From NCBI GenBank assembly GCA_002239105.1, contig MPNQ01000017.1, positions 378-64,377 of the forward strand: 64,000 bases of DNA, read 5' to 3'. This document shows positions 44,414-54,528 of the stretch, piece by piece. A model generated the notes under the pieces. That model worked only from the letters and a program-made list of their open reading frames with translations, was not told where the DNA came from and did not search any database. The stretch comes from a marine group bacterium Sva0996 bin134. GTDB taxonomy: Bacteria; Actinomycetota; Acidimicrobiia; Acidimicrobiales; Bin134. The position numbers and the translations under genes were made by a program. The first letter of the stretch is position 1, and every line of letters begins with the position of its first letter.

Positions 44414-44545
44414 GTAGGCACGAGTTCCATAGTTTGGCTCCGAGTAGCGGGTTTTAGGCCCAGACAGCCGAAATTCACAATAGCCTTAGTTACGTGCTAT
44501 CGGACAGGGCACACGGCGTGGCCCCTAACTGATCGGAAAGCAGAA

Positions 44546-46342
44546 ATGAGCGAATCCGAAGCGACCGCATCCGCCGAGCGGCGAGCGGTCATCTCACCGT
44601 TGCAAGCCATTGCCTCTGGCATTGTGGCTGCTGGGGCTGCACTGGGCTTGAGCGAGATCTTGTCGGGGTTGAGCCGCAAGATCCCATCGCTGGTGGTCTC
44701 GGTGGCTGAGGAGATTGTGGACATCACGCCGGGTTTCATTGCTCGTTGGTCCATCGACACCCTGGGTAGCGCGCAGAAGCCCGCATTGGTGTGGGGCATC
44801 GTGATCGTTTCGATCCTGCTCGGCGCGGTCTTGGGCTGGCCCTCCCGCAAGCGCTGGTGGGTGATGCCCGCTGGCTTGGTGGTGTTCGCCCTGGTCGGCG
44901 GCTGGGCTGCGGCCCGCAATCCCCTGTCCAGTGATGGGCTGGGATGGATGTCGGGGTTGTTGTCGGGAGCCTTTGGCATTGGCGTGTTCATGAGCCTGTA
45001 TGCGCTGGCCCTTTTCTCCCGTCTTCCCGTTGATGAAGATCCCTCTGATGCCGAAACCCAGAAGGTTCCGATGGTCGGTCGGGGCCGCTTCGACGACCGA
45101 CGCCGTTTCGTGGGGGCGGTGGGCATCATGGCCGGGGCCTCCCTGGCCGGTGGCCTGCTCGGGCGGTGGCTGCGACGGCGCGACACTGTAGAAGGAGCCC
45201 GCGAGGGGGTTGCCGAATCCCTCCAAGGACGCAGCATCGCCACCCCGACGGCCCGATCCACCCCGACGGCCAGCGGCCAAGACCAAGCCGGGGATGCCAT
45301 GACGGATGCCGAGGCCACCCCGACTGCTACGGCTGACGCAGCCTCGACACCTTCGGCTGATGGCAGCGCAGAGGCCACGGCCGATCCCACGGCCGAACCC
45401 TCCCCCTCGGTCACGGCCGAGCCGGTTCGGGAGCCCAACTTCGACTACATCGCCGGGATTGCGCCCCTGGTCACCCCCAACGAGGACTTCTACCTGATCG
45501 ACACCGCACTGTCGTACCCCCAAGTCGACCCCGAAGACTGGTCGCTGCGGATCCACGGCATGGTGGACCGAGAGGTGGAGATCAGCTTCGACGAGTTGCT
45601 CGACCTGGGCCTGGTTCGAGAGCAAGTGACCCTGTCGTGCGTGTCCAACCGCGTGGGCGGCCGTTTGGTGGGCAACGCCGAATGGGTGGGAGTGCCGCTG
45701 GCCACTGTGTTGGACCAGGCCGGGGTGCAGCCCAGGGCCACCCAGATCGTGGGCCGCTCGGTTGATCGGTGGACCGCGGGCTTCCCCACCGAGGTAGCCC
45801 TCGACGGACGGATCGCCATGGTGGCCGTGCAGATGAACGGCGAGCCGCTGCCCATCTCCCACGGCTTCCCGGCCCGTCTGGTGGTGGCCGGGCTGTACGG
45901 CTACGTGTCGGCCACCAAGTGGCTGTCAGAAATCGAGCTCACCACCTGGGAGGCCTTCGACGGCTACTGGATCCCCCGCGGCTGGTCGAAGGAGGGGCCG
46001 ATCAAGACCCAGTCCCGCATCGACGTGCCCCGCCGGGATTCCACCATCGATCCGGGCCCCACGGCGATTGCCGGGGTGGCCTGGGCCCCCAGCCGCTCCA
46101 TCGACAAGGTGGAGGTGCAGGTGAACGACGAGCCGTGGGTGGAGGCCGAACTCAGCCGCGAGACCACCATCAACTCCTGGCGGCAATGGATGGTGACCTG
46201 GAACGCCACCCCCGGCGAGCACCTGGTTCGGGTGCGGGCCACCGACGGTACTGGTACCACCCAGACTTCGGAGATCAGCGACCCGGCCCCCGACGGAGCC
46301 ACCGGCTGGCACACCATCCAAGTGAGGGCCGACGAGGCCTAG
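44546..46342 (+). CDS. Molybdopterin-dependent oxidoreductase (sulfite-oxidase family) with an N-terminal membrane domain and a low-complexity linker.
   Basis: ATG 44546. It has TM segments, then a T/A/D/P-rich linker, then LSCVSNRVGG...HGFPARLVVAGLYGYVSATKWLSEIEL. The upstream part of listed ORF 44039.. is antisense to rsgA. Confidence 0.85.
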   Translation: MSESEATASAERRAVISPLQAIASGIVAAGAALGLSEILSGLSRKIPSLVVSVAEEIVDITPGFIARWSIDTLGSAQKPALVWGIVIVSILLGAVLGWPSRKRWWVMPAGLVVFALVGGWAAARNPLSSDGLGWMSGLLSGAFGIGVFMSLYALALFSRLPVDEDPSDAETQKVPMVGRGRFDDRRRFVGAVGIMAGASLAGGLLGRWLRRRDTVEGAREGVAESLQGRSIATPTARSTPTASGQDQAGDAMTDAEATPTATADAASTPSADGSAEATADPTAEPSPSVTAEPVREPNFDYIAGIAPLVTPNEDFYLIDTALSYPQVDPEDWSLRIHGMVDREVEISFDELLDLGLVREQVTLSCVSNRVGGRLVGNAEWVGVPLATVLDQAGVQPRATQIVGRSVDRWTAGFPTEVALDGRIAMVAVQMNGEPLPISHGFPARLVVAGLYGYVSATKWLSEIELTTWEAFDGYWIPRGWSKEGPIKTQSRIDVPRRDSTIDPGPTAIAGVAWAPSRSIDKVEVQVNDEPWVEAELSRETTINSWRQWMVTWNATPGEHLVRVRATDGTGTTQTSEISDPAPDGATGWHTIQVRADEA

Positions 46343-46456
46343 TGCTCTTAGTGGATCGCGGGCACTGACTCGCCTGCCCGAACAGTGGGCACCGATGGAA
46401 TTTGACCTGAATGGCGGGTCGTCCGATTGGTTTACCCGCCGGTAGATTTCCGGCAG

Positions 46457-47647
46457 ATGGATTTCGACCTCAGCCCTGGCGAAAAGGACTTCCGCGACGA
46501 GGTGCGGACATGGCTGGAAGAGCACTTGGTGGGGGAGTTCGCCGGATTACGGGGCCGGGGCGGTATGGGCCAAGAAGACATCCCGGCCGAACAGCAGATC
46601 GCCTGGGAGCGCGAGCTGGCTGGCGGAGGCTGGCTGGGCATCGACTTTCCCGCCCACTTGGGCGGTCGGGAGTGCAGCCTGTCGGAGCAGGTGCTGTTCC
46701 ACCAGACCTATGTGGAGGCCAGGGGGCCGGGACGGCTGCCCAACATGGGGGTCACCCTGCTGGGGCCGACCCTGGTGGCCTACGGCACTCCCGAACAGCA
46801 GGAGCGGTTTGTGCCCTCGATCCTGTCGGGCGATGAGTTCTGGTGTCAGGGGTATTCCGAGCCCAACGCCGGCTCCGATTTGGCCAACGTGGGCACAAAG
46901 GCGGTGCTCGATGGCGACCGCTGGGTGGTCAACGGCCAGAAAATCTGGACCTCGCTGGCCCAGTACTCCGACTGGTGTTTCGTAGTGTGCCGCACCGACC
47001 CGGATTCCGCCCGCCACGCCGGGCTCTCCTACCTGCTGGTGCCCATGGACCAGCCCGGCATTGAGATCCGCCCCATCGTGCAGGTCACCGGGGGAACCGA
47101 GTTCAACGAGGTCTTCTTCGACGACGCGGTGACCGACGGCGATCTTGTGGTGGGCCAGCCCGGGCGGGGCTGGGAGGTGGCCATGGGCACGCTGGCCTTC
47201 GAGCGGGGGGCGTCCACATTGGGCCAGCAGACCTATTTCCGCCAGGAGCTGGATGCGCTGCTGGCCGAGGCCCGGGCCAACGGCACTGCCGATGATCTGG
47301 TAGTCCGTCAGGATCTGGCCCAGGCTTACGCCACATTGGAGATCATGCGGTACAACAACCTGCGGATGCTCACGGTGGTGGACGCCGGCGGCGTGCCGGG
47401 GCCGGAGATGTCCATCGGCAAGCTGGTGTGGTCCAACTGGCACCGCTCGCTGGGGGAGTTGATGGTGGGGGTGCGGGGGGCCGACGCGCTGGCGGTGGCC
47501 GCCGACGACGGCGAGGAGTACACGCTGGACTCCTGGCAGCGCACGTTTCTGTACAGCCGAGCCCACACCATCTATGCCGGATCGAACGAGATTCAGCGAA
47601 ACATCATCGGCGAGCGGGTTTTGGGCTTGCCCCGGGAGCCGCGATGA
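46457..47647 (+). CDS. Acyl-CoA dehydrogenase.
   Basis: MDFDLSPGEKDFRDEVRTWL...CQGYSEPNAGSDLA...NGQKIWTS...IYAGSNEIQRNII. Confidence 0.9.
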   Translation: MDFDLSPGEKDFRDEVRTWLEEHLVGEFAGLRGRGGMGQEDIPAEQQIAWERELAGGGWLGIDFPAHLGGRECSLSEQVLFHQTYVEARGPGRLPNMGVTLLGPTLVAYGTPEQQERFVPSILSGDEFWCQGYSEPNAGSDLANVGTKAVLDGDRWVVNGQKIWTSLAQYSDWCFVVCRTDPDSARHAGLSYLLVPMDQPGIEIRPIVQVTGGTEFNEVFFDDAVTDGDLVVGQPGRGWEVAMGTLAFERGASTLGQQTYFRQELDALLAEARANGTADDLVVRQDLAQAYATLEIMRYNNLRMLTVVDAGGVPGPEMSIGKLVWSNWHRSLGELMVGVRGADALAVAADDGEEYTLDSWQRTFLYSRAHTIYAGSNEIQRNIIGERVLGLPREPR

Positions 47648-47674
47648 TTTCTAAACCGACAAATAGGAGCAGCC

Positions 47675-48832
47675 ATGGCTGAGGCATACATCATCGACGC
47701 GGTCCGCACCCCGGTGGGGCGGCGGGGCGGCAGCCTGTCGCAGGTCCACCCGGCCGATCTGGGGGCCCATCCCATTCTCGGTCTCCTCGACCGGACCGGC
47801 GTCGACCCGGCCGCGGTCGACGATGTGATGTATGGCTGCGTGGACGCCCTCGGCCCCCAAGCTGGCGACATCGCCCGCACCGCATGGCTGGCCGCCGGGC
47901 TGCCCGAGCACGTGCCCGGCACCACTATCGACCGCCAGTGCGGGTCGGCCCAGCAGGCCGTCCACTTCGCGGCCCAGGCGGTGATGGCCGGAGTGAACGA
48001 CATGGTGGTTGCCGGCGGCGTCCAGAACATGAGCATGATCCCCATCGGCGCGGCCATGACCGTAGCCGAGCATGTGGGGGTGACCGATCCCGATCCCTTC
48101 ACCGGCTCCGACGGCTGGGTCGACCGCTACGGAACCCAGGAGGTTTCGCAGTTCCGGGGTGCGGAGATGATCGCCGAGCACTGGGATATCAGCCGGGAGC
48201 AGATGGAGGAGTTCGCCCTGGCCAGCCACGAGCGGGCCGCTACCGCCACCGACGAGGGACGGTTTGAAAACGAGATTTTGCCCTTGGGCGGCTTGGAGGT
48301 TGACGAGGGCATCCGCCGGGGGACCACCATGGAGAAGATGGCCGGCCTGTCCGTGTTGGTGGAAGGCGGGCGGCTGACTGCCGCGGTTTCCAGCCAGATA
48401 TCCGACGCGGCCTGCGCCATGCTGATCTGCGGGGAGCAGGCGGTGGCCGACCACGGCCTCAAGCCCCGGGCTCGCTTCCATCACATGTCGGTGCGGGGCG
48501 CGGATCCCATCTACATGCTCACCGGCCCCATCCCCGCCACCGAGTACGCACTGGCCCGCACCGGGATGGCCATCGACGACATCGACTTGTTCGAGTGCAA
48601 CGAGGCCTTCGCCTCAGTTGTGCTGGCCTGGATGGGCGAGCACGACGTGCCCCACGAGAAGGTAAACGTGAACGGCGGCGCCATCGCCCTGGGCCACCCG
48701 CTGGGCGCCACCGGAGCCCGGCTGATGACCACCCTGTTGAACGAGCTAGAGCGCACCGGCGGCCGCTACGGCCTGCAAACCATGTGCGAGGGCGGCGGCC
48801 AAGCCAACGTCACCATCATCGAGCGCTTGTAG
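47675..48832 (+). CDS. Acetyl-CoA C-acetyltransferase (thiolase).
   Basis: IDRQCGSAQQAV, NEAFASV, NVNGGAIALGHPLGATGARL, CEGGGQANV. Confidence 0.9.
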   Translation: MAEAYIIDAVRTPVGRRGGSLSQVHPADLGAHPILGLLDRTGVDPAAVDDVMYGCVDALGPQAGDIARTAWLAAGLPEHVPGTTIDRQCGSAQQAVHFAAQAVMAGVNDMVVAGGVQNMSMIPIGAAMTVAEHVGVTDPDPFTGSDGWVDRYGTQEVSQFRGAEMIAEHWDISREQMEEFALASHERAATATDEGRFENEILPLGGLEVDEGIRRGTTMEKMAGLSVLVEGGRLTAAVSSQISDAACAMLICGEQAVADHGLKPRARFHHMSVRGADPIYMLTGPIPATEYALARTGMAIDDIDLFECNEAFASVVLAWMGEHDVPHEKVNVNGGAIALGHPLGATGARLMTTLLNELERTGGRYGLQTMCEGGGQANVTIIERL

Positions 48833-48839
48833 CGAGTCC

Positions 48840-49577
48840 ATGGCCCAATTCGCCGACCGGGTGGTGCTGGTCACCGGTGCAGCCCGGGGTATCGGCCGAT
48901 CCACTGCGGCCCAGTTCGCCGACGCCGGGGCGGTGGTAGCTGGGGCCGACTTAGATGTCGAGACCCTGGAGGCCGTGGAGGAGCTGTCGCTGCGTCTGGG
49001 TGGCGACGTGGGTGACCCCGACGACGCCCACCGGATAATCGACGACACAGTGGCCGCCTTCGGCCGTCTCGACGTGCTGGTGAACAACGCTGGAGCGTGG
49101 CTGCTCAAGCCCACCGCGGAGATCAGCCCCGAGGAGTGGGACGACCAGCTCTCCACCAACCTGCGGTCGTTCTTCCTTCTCACCCGCCGGGCCTATCCCG
49201 CGCTGGCTGAGACCGGAGGCAACGTGGTGAACGTGGCCTCCATCGCCGCTTTGCGGTTCACCACTCTCCATGTGGCCTACGCCTCGGCCAAGGCCGGAGT
49301 GATCGCCATGACCAGGGACTTGGCCGCTGAGTACGCCCCAGATGTGAGAGTGAATGCAGTGGCCCCCGGCCCGATCGACACCATGCACCTCACCGCGTCG
49401 ATGACCCTCGAGGAGAAAGCCGACTTCGGCCGCCGCTACCCGCTGGGCCGCATGGGCGAGCCCGACGATGTGGCCCACGCCATCGTCTTTTTGGCCTCAC
49501 CCAAGGCGGCCTACATCACCGGCGCCACCCTTCCCGTCACCGGAGGAACCGAACTCGGAGTCCCCAGCCTGTTCTAG
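48840..49577 (+). CDS. SDR-family oxidoreductase.
   Basis: VVLVTGAARGIG, NNAG, YASAKAGV. Confidence 0.85.
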   Translation: MAQFADRVVLVTGAARGIGRSTAAQFADAGAVVAGADLDVETLEAVEELSLRLGGDVGDPDDAHRIIDDTVAAFGRLDVLVNNAGAWLLKPTAEISPEEWDDQLSTNLRSFFLLTRRAYPALAETGGNVVNVASIAALRFTTLHVAYASAKAGVIAMTRDLAAEYAPDVRVNAVAPGPIDTMHLTASMTLEEKADFGRRYPLGRMGEPDDVAHAIVFLASPKAAYITGATLPVTGGTELGVPSLF

Positions 49578-50632
49578 CGTTCGATACGGTCGATGAGTCC
49601 CCAGGACAAGGCACAGGCGGAGTCGATTTCGGTGTTGGTGAGGGCGAAGTAGCAGAGGCGCTGGCGGCCGATGCGGCGGGCGATGCTGACGGTGCCGCCG
49701 GCACCGGGAACCAGGCCCATGGCCACTTCGGGGAGGCGGAAGGTGGTGTCGGGGTGAGCGGCCACGTCATGGGCGTAGGCGGGCAGCTCCACGCCCGCCC
49801 CCACGCAGGTGCCATGGACCATGACCCGGGTCTTGGCCGCCAGTCGGTCGATCCAGAACGCGGCGCTGCGCACCGAGCGAACGCGATGGGCAGTACCGGG
49901 GTCGGGGGTGGTGCCGAACTCGGCCAGGTCGCCGCCGGAGCAGAAGGTGGCCCCGGCGCCGTCGAGCACGATGCCGTCCAGGCTGGGATCGATCGACGCG
50001 GCCCGGAGCTGCTCGACTAGTCCGTCGCGCATCTCGGCGCTGAAGGCGTTGTGGCGTTCGGGCCGGTTGAGGGTGAGTCGCAGGGTGGAGCCCACCCGCT
50101 CGGCCCTCACCGCGGGTTCGGGATTCACCCTCACCAACCGGGTCGGCTGGGTGGCCAGCCAGGCCTGGAATTGGGGTCCGGACTGGAGGGTGGAATAGGC
50201 CAGCGACTCGGCCACCAGACCGTCGGCGGTGGAGCAGCTCTCGCTCAGTCGGAGAAGCTGCACCAAAGCCACCGCCGCGGCCGGCGACGCCATGGCAGCC
50301 GCGGAGATCTGGTCCAGCTCGCCGGGGGGCACGGCCAGAGGGGCCGGTACATCGTCGGGAGCCAGCACGATGTCGAAGAGTTCGCAGAGGTCGGCCAATT
50401 TGTCGGCGTCGACGCCGACAAAGCCTTCGGGCACGACCACCGCGGTCACCGCAGGAGTGCTCTTGACCAGCATGGCCATTTCATCGGAAGGCCGCGCCGA
50501 CAGGTCGGCGGCGGTCAGCTCGACGAGGATCACCGGGCAATCGGCCAGCCCCAAGTCCTCACCGGCATAGGGGTGGGACAAGAGCGCGTGGGCCTCAGCC
50601 AGGCCCGAGGTTTGGATTGGCGCAGCCATCAC
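49574..50632 (-). CDS. Enoyl-CoA hydratase/isomerase family protein with a ~150-aa N-terminal extension.
   Basis: The C-terminal half reads LTLNRPERHNAFSAEMRDGL...GAGATFCSGGDLAEF...GTCVGAGVEL (crotonase oxyanion motifs). Confidence 0.75.
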   Translation of the reverse strand: MMAAPIQTSGLAEAHALLSHPYAGEDLGLADCPVILVELTAADLSARPSDEMAMLVKSTPAVTAVVVPEGFVGVDADKLADLCELFDIVLAPDDVPAPLAVPPGELDQISAAAMASPAAAVALVQLLRLSESCSTADGLVAESLAYSTLQSGPQFQAWLATQPTRLVRVNPEPAVRAERVGSTLRLTLNRPERHNAFSAEMRDGLVEQLRAASIDPSLDGIVLDGAGATFCSGGDLAEFGTTPDPGTAHRVRSVRSAAFWIDRLAAKTRVMVHGTCVGAGVELPAYAHDVAAHPDTTFRLPEVAMGLVPGAGGTVSIARRIGRQRLCYFALTNTEIDSACALSWGLIDRIER

Positions 50633-50662
50633 TGAGTGATCGCAGGTTAGCCCAGGCGGGAA

Positions 50663-52162
50663 TCAGCGGCTTTCGGCGAGCTCATCGCGCAGGATTCGGC
50701 GCAAGAGTTTGCCGGTCTCGTTGTAGGGCAGCTCGTCGCGCACTTCGATGCGGTCGGGGGTGCGCGACGACCGCATTTGGGCTTTCACGAACTCCTGGAG
50801 CTCGGCAATGTCCAGCGTCTGGCCCTTGGCCGGCACCACCACCGCGGCCACCGCCTCGCCCCATTGCTCGTCGGGCACGCCGATAGCGGCCGCATCGGCA
50901 ATGGATTGGTGGCTCAGCAGCACGTCCTCGATCTCGCCGGGGGAGATGTTCTCGCCTCCCCGCACGATGATGTCGTCGATGCGGCCCTCCACAAACAGGT
51001 AGCCGTCGGGGTCCAGCGAGCCGCCGTCGTTGGTGGGGAACCAGCCGTCGGGCGTGACCCGGGAGTTCCGCCCCAGGTACTCGCCCGAGACCTGCTCGCC
51101 CCGCACCCAGATTTCACCAGAGCTGCCGGTAGGCACCGGCGTTCCCTCCTCGTCGCGGATGTCCACCTCGATGGTGGGTAGCGGCCGGCCGGCCGAGCCC
51201 AGCCGGGCCCGCACGGCGGGATCGTCAGAGCGATGGGCCTCCCGGTGCTCGTCGGGTCCGAGCACCGCCACCGTGGAGCTGGTTTCGGTGAGGCCGTAGG
51301 CGTTCACGAAGTTGGTCTCGGGCAGCACTTCCAGTGCCCGGGCGATTACCGGAGCGGGCATCTTGCCCCCTCCGTACGACAGTGCCCGCAGCGAGGGGAG
51401 ACCGCCCCCTACGTCCTCCAGATGGTCCACGATTCGGGCCAGCATGGTGGGCACCACCATGGCGTGGGTCACGCCCTCGGCCCGGACCAAGCCCACCCAG
51501 TCGGCGGCGTCGAAGTTGGGGAGCTGCACGATGCGGCGCCCGGCGTACACCGAACTCAAGATCGCGGCCATCCCGGCCACGTGGTAGGGGGGCACCGACA
51601 CCAGGGTGGCTTCGTCCTCGGCCGCACCCATGAACTCCACCGAGCCGATGATGTATGACACCAAGTGCTTATGGCGCAGCACGGCGGCCTTGGGAGCGCC
51701 AGTGGTGCCGCTGGTGTAGAGCAGGATGGCGATTTCATCAGGATCGACGTTCCAGTCGCTGTCGGGAGTGCCTCCCTCGGCCCACTGGGTCAAGAAATCC
51801 GGCCTGACAACGGCCCGCACACCGTCGAGGTCGCCGATGGCGCCCAGAGCGTCGTCGTTGCACACTGTGACCGAGGGGGCCACCTCGGCGGCCAAGTGCC
51901 GCAGTTCAGGCACCGTCAGCCGGTAGTTGAGAGGGACGAATGGCACTCCGGCCCAGGCCGAGCCGAACAGGGCGATGGGGAGGGCCTCGCTGCTGGTGTC
52001 CACCATGCTGACCCTGTCGATTCCCGCCTCGCGGAAGCGCACGGCGGCGGCCCCGGCCCGCTGGAACAGCTGCTCGTAGGTGAGTCCCTGCCCCTGGGTT
52101 CCGACGGCGGTGCGATCGCCAAAACCGCTGGACGCCATTTCCAGCAGCATCATCAGGTTCAT
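50663..52162 (-). CDS. AMP-dependent acyl-CoA synthetase/ligase.
   Basis: LLYTSGTTGAPKA, YGLTE, GWFPTNDGGSLDPDGYLFVEGRIDDIIVRGGENI. Confidence 0.9.
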   Translation of the reverse strand: MNLMMLLEMASSGFGDRTAVGTQGQGLTYEQLFQRAGAAAVRFREAGIDRVSMVDTSSEALPIALFGSAWAGVPFVPLNYRLTVPELRHLAAEVAPSVTVCNDDALGAIGDLDGVRAVVRPDFLTQWAEGGTPDSDWNVDPDEIAILLYTSGTTGAPKAAVLRHKHLVSYIIGSVEFMGAAEDEATLVSVPPYHVAGMAAILSSVYAGRRIVQLPNFDAADWVGLVRAEGVTHAMVVPTMLARIVDHLEDVGGGLPSLRALSYGGGKMPAPVIARALEVLPETNFVNAYGLTETSSTVAVLGPDEHREAHRSDDPAVRARLGSAGRPLPTIEVDIRDEEGTPVPTGSSGEIWVRGEQVSGEYLGRNSRVTPDGWFPTNDGGSLDPDGYLFVEGRIDDIIVRGGENISPGEIEDVLLSHQSIADAAAIGVPDEQWGEAVAAVVVPAKGQTLDIAELQEFVKAQMRSSRTPDRIEVRDELPYNETGKLLRRILRDELAESR

Positions 52163-52199
52163 GGGCTCATCCGGTGGGGCGCTTCTCCCGTTGGCTCAG

Positions 52200-52505
52200 C
52201 TAGTCGGAGGCCGGGAGGGGCTTGGCTTCTTTCAGCCCGAGGGGCGTGCCGCCCACCGCCAAAGAGCCGTCGCCGGGCTTGGTGCACAGAACCTCGAGAG
52301 ACTCGTCCTCGTTTACGTACCGCTTGCCCAAAGCGGTGCCTTCGGCGGCATCGGCGGATACCTCGCCGTTGCGCTCGGCCTCGGCCGGATCGGCCATGGG
52401 CGCGCCGCCACATGAGATGTCCACGTTGCCGCTTGGTGCTTTGACCACGATGAGCTCGGTATCGCATACCGAGCTCTTGAGGCGGCTACCCGGTTTCAGG
52501 TCCAT
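52200..52505 (-). CDS. Small hypothetical protein (101 aa).
   Basis: ATG 52505 is preceded by CAGGAGGTAGGA. The remaining listed ORF 52200..53186 is P/R-rich antisense to the CoA-transferase. Confidence 0.6.
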   Translation of the reverse strand: MDLKPGSRLKSSVCDTELIVVKAPSGNVDISCGGAPMADPAEAERNGEVSADAAEGTALGKRYVNEDESLEVLCTKPGDGSLAVGGTPLGLKEAKPLPASD

Positions 52506-52567
52506 TCCTACCTCCTGAAAGATGTCCTTCAATCTTTTCCCGTCAGCCTCAACAGGTACAAACTGCA

Positions 52568-53755
52568 GTGATGGACTCCACCCACTGCGGCCGTCATCCG
52601 GCGCTGGTTTGGGCCGAGTCGGGGTTGATGGGACTGAGCGGGCTGGAGCACGGACCCCCGGCGGTGGCCTCGGGGCGCTGGGTTGAGCGGCTTGAAGGCG
52701 TGGTGGACGACATTGCTGAGCTGAGGGGCGAGCCCCTGAGGACTGATGCCGCTGGTTTTCTGGGGGAACGGTCGGCGTTGGTGGGGCGTATCCGGCGAGG
52801 GCCGGTCTCGGTGGGGGGTGCGTGTCGCATGGTGGCCGCAGCCGACGGTGTGTTGGCGGTGTCGTTGGCCCGCACCAGCGACACCGAAGCGGTTCCGGCC
52901 TGGTTGGAGATCGATCGCCTGCTTGGAGGCGACGTGTGGTCCCAGGTGGCTGCGGGGGCGCGGGATAGGCCGGTGGCCGAGTTGATCGAGCGGGCCGACT
53001 GGCTGGGACTGGCGGTGGGGGAGGCGGTCCGCCCGTCGCCGCCGTCGGAGCCCTGCTCGCTCGCCGATGCCGGACCGGCAGAAATTGGCCGGAGTCTGGT
53101 GCTGGATGTGAGCTCGCTGTGGGCTGGCCCGCTGTGCGCCTCGCTGTTAGGTGACTTCGGATTCGAAGTGGTGAAGGTGGAGTCACCAGGCCGACCCGAC
53201 GGCGCTCGATATGGCTCGCCTGCGTTCTACGAGCGGTTGAACCAGGGCAAGAAAGACACGGTCATCGACCTGAGGTCCGACGACGGCCGCCGCCGTTTCC
53301 TGGATCTGTGCCGGCAGGCGGCCGTGGTGGTCGACGGGTTGCGACCCCGGGTGTGGGCCAACTGGGGTGTCGACCGTCTGGATGTGGCCGAGACCTGCGG
53401 GCTGGTGTGGGTGTCGATCACCGGCCATGGCGACGACCGGGCCGCCTTCGGCGACGACGCCGCGGTGAGCGGGGGCCTGTGGCTGCAAGACCCGGACGGA
53501 GGACTGCCGTGGTTCGTGGCTGATGCCGCAGCCGATCCGGTGGCCGGGTTGGTGGCGTGTCGCGCTGCGGCCGAGGCCGTAGCCGCCGGTCGTGCCGGGT
53601 TGGTCGACGTTTCCATGAGCCAGGCGGTGAGTTGGGTCCGAGCAGGTGATGATCTGAGCGCTCCCGGGGCCAAAGTCCTCCGCCGAGGCCACAACTGGGT
53701 GGTACGGGCCGGCGAAGACGAACAGGTGGTGATGGCTCCCCGTGGGCGAATGTGA
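52568..53755 (+). CDS. CoA-transferase family III (CaiB/BaiF-like).
   Basis: VLDVSSLWAGPLCASLLGDFGFEVVKVESPGRPDGAR. Confidence 0.75.
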   Translation: MMDSTHCGRHPALVWAESGLMGLSGLEHGPPAVASGRWVERLEGVVDDIAELRGEPLRTDAAGFLGERSALVGRIRRGPVSVGGACRMVAAADGVLAVSLARTSDTEAVPAWLEIDRLLGGDVWSQVAAGARDRPVAELIERADWLGLAVGEAVRPSPPSEPCSLADAGPAEIGRSLVLDVSSLWAGPLCASLLGDFGFEVVKVESPGRPDGARYGSPAFYERLNQGKKDTVIDLRSDDGRRRFLDLCRQAAVVVDGLRPRVWANWGVDRLDVAETCGLVWVSITGHGDDRAAFGDDAAVSGGLWLQDPDGGLPWFVADAAADPVAGLVACRAAAEAVAAGRAGLVDVSMSQAVSWVRAGDDLSAPGAKVLRRGHNWVVRAGEDEQVVMAPRGRM

Positions 53756-53802
53756 CCTAGTTCTTCCGCCCCAGTACGGCGGAGGGGCGGTAGGTTGAGA
53801 CG

Positions 53803-54528
53803 GTGTTCGCACGAAAGAGCAGCGGCTCGGGGCATCTCGGCGAGGGGCACCACCGCAATGTGACCCGGGGCGGGTATCGGGCCGCGGTGTTCGGAGTGAG
53901 CGACGGCTTGGTGTCCAATGTGGCTCTCATCTTGGGGGTGGCCGGGGCCAGTTCAGGACAGGAGCTGGTGCGAATCGCCGGTTTGGCCGGGCTCATCGCC
54001 GGGGCGGTGTCGATGGCCGCTGGCGAGTACATCTCCATGCAGGCCCAGCGAGAGCTGCTCGAGCGTGAGCTGGAGATGGAGCGACGAGAGCACGTCCGCA
54101 ACCCGGAGCACGAGGTGGAGGAGCTGGCTGAGATCTACGAGTCCAGAGGCGTCGACCCGGACATGGCTCGGGAGATGGCCACCAACCTCATGGACGACCC
54201 CGAGAAGGCCCTCGAAGTGCATGCTCGAGAAGAGATGGGCATCGATCCCAACGAGCTGGGAAATCCGGTGTTTGCTGCAACAACATCGTTCTTCTCCTTC
54301 GCCCTCGGCGCGGTGCTTCCGCTGCTGCCCTGGTTCTTCGGCGGAGGCAACGGTGCCATCGTGGCGTCGATTCTCCTCGGGGCGGTGGGCGCGGTGCTGG
54401 TGGGAAGTGCGCTGGCGCTGGCCACCGATCGGTCGATCGTGCGGGGGTCGCTCCGCCAGCTTGTGATTGCCGCCGCCGCAGCCGCTATTACGTTCGGGAT
54501 CGGTTCCGCAGTGGGGGTAGGAGTATGA
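53803..54528 (+). CDS. VIT1/CCC1-family iron/manganese transporter.
   Basis: RAAVFGVSDGLVSNVALILGVAGA, SMAAGEYIS, an acidic helical centre and C-terminal TM helices. Confidence 0.8.
   Translation: MFARKSSGSGHLGEGHHRNVTRGGYRAAVFGVSDGLVSNVALILGVAGASSGQELVRIAGLAGLIAGAVSMAAGEYISMQAQRELLERELEMERREHVRNPEHEVEELAEIYESRGVDPDMAREMATNLMDDPEKALEVHAREEMGIDPNELGNPVFAATTSFFSFALGAVLPLLPWFFGGGNGAIVASILLGAVGAVLVGSALALATDRSIVRGSLRQLVIAAAAAAITFGIGSAVGVGV

Noticed and set aside
44039-44545. N-terminal extension of the Mo-oxidoreductase ORF (listed 44039..46342).
   Set aside because: The extension runs antisense through rsgA. ATG 44546 lies in the intergenic gap and is followed immediately by membrane-protein-like sequence.
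52506-53186. Upstream P/R/T-rich portion of listed ORF 52200..53186 (328 aa).
   Set aside because: It is antisense to the CoA-transferase gene. An internal ATG at 52505 with a strong CAGGAGG site gives a compact 101-aa product.
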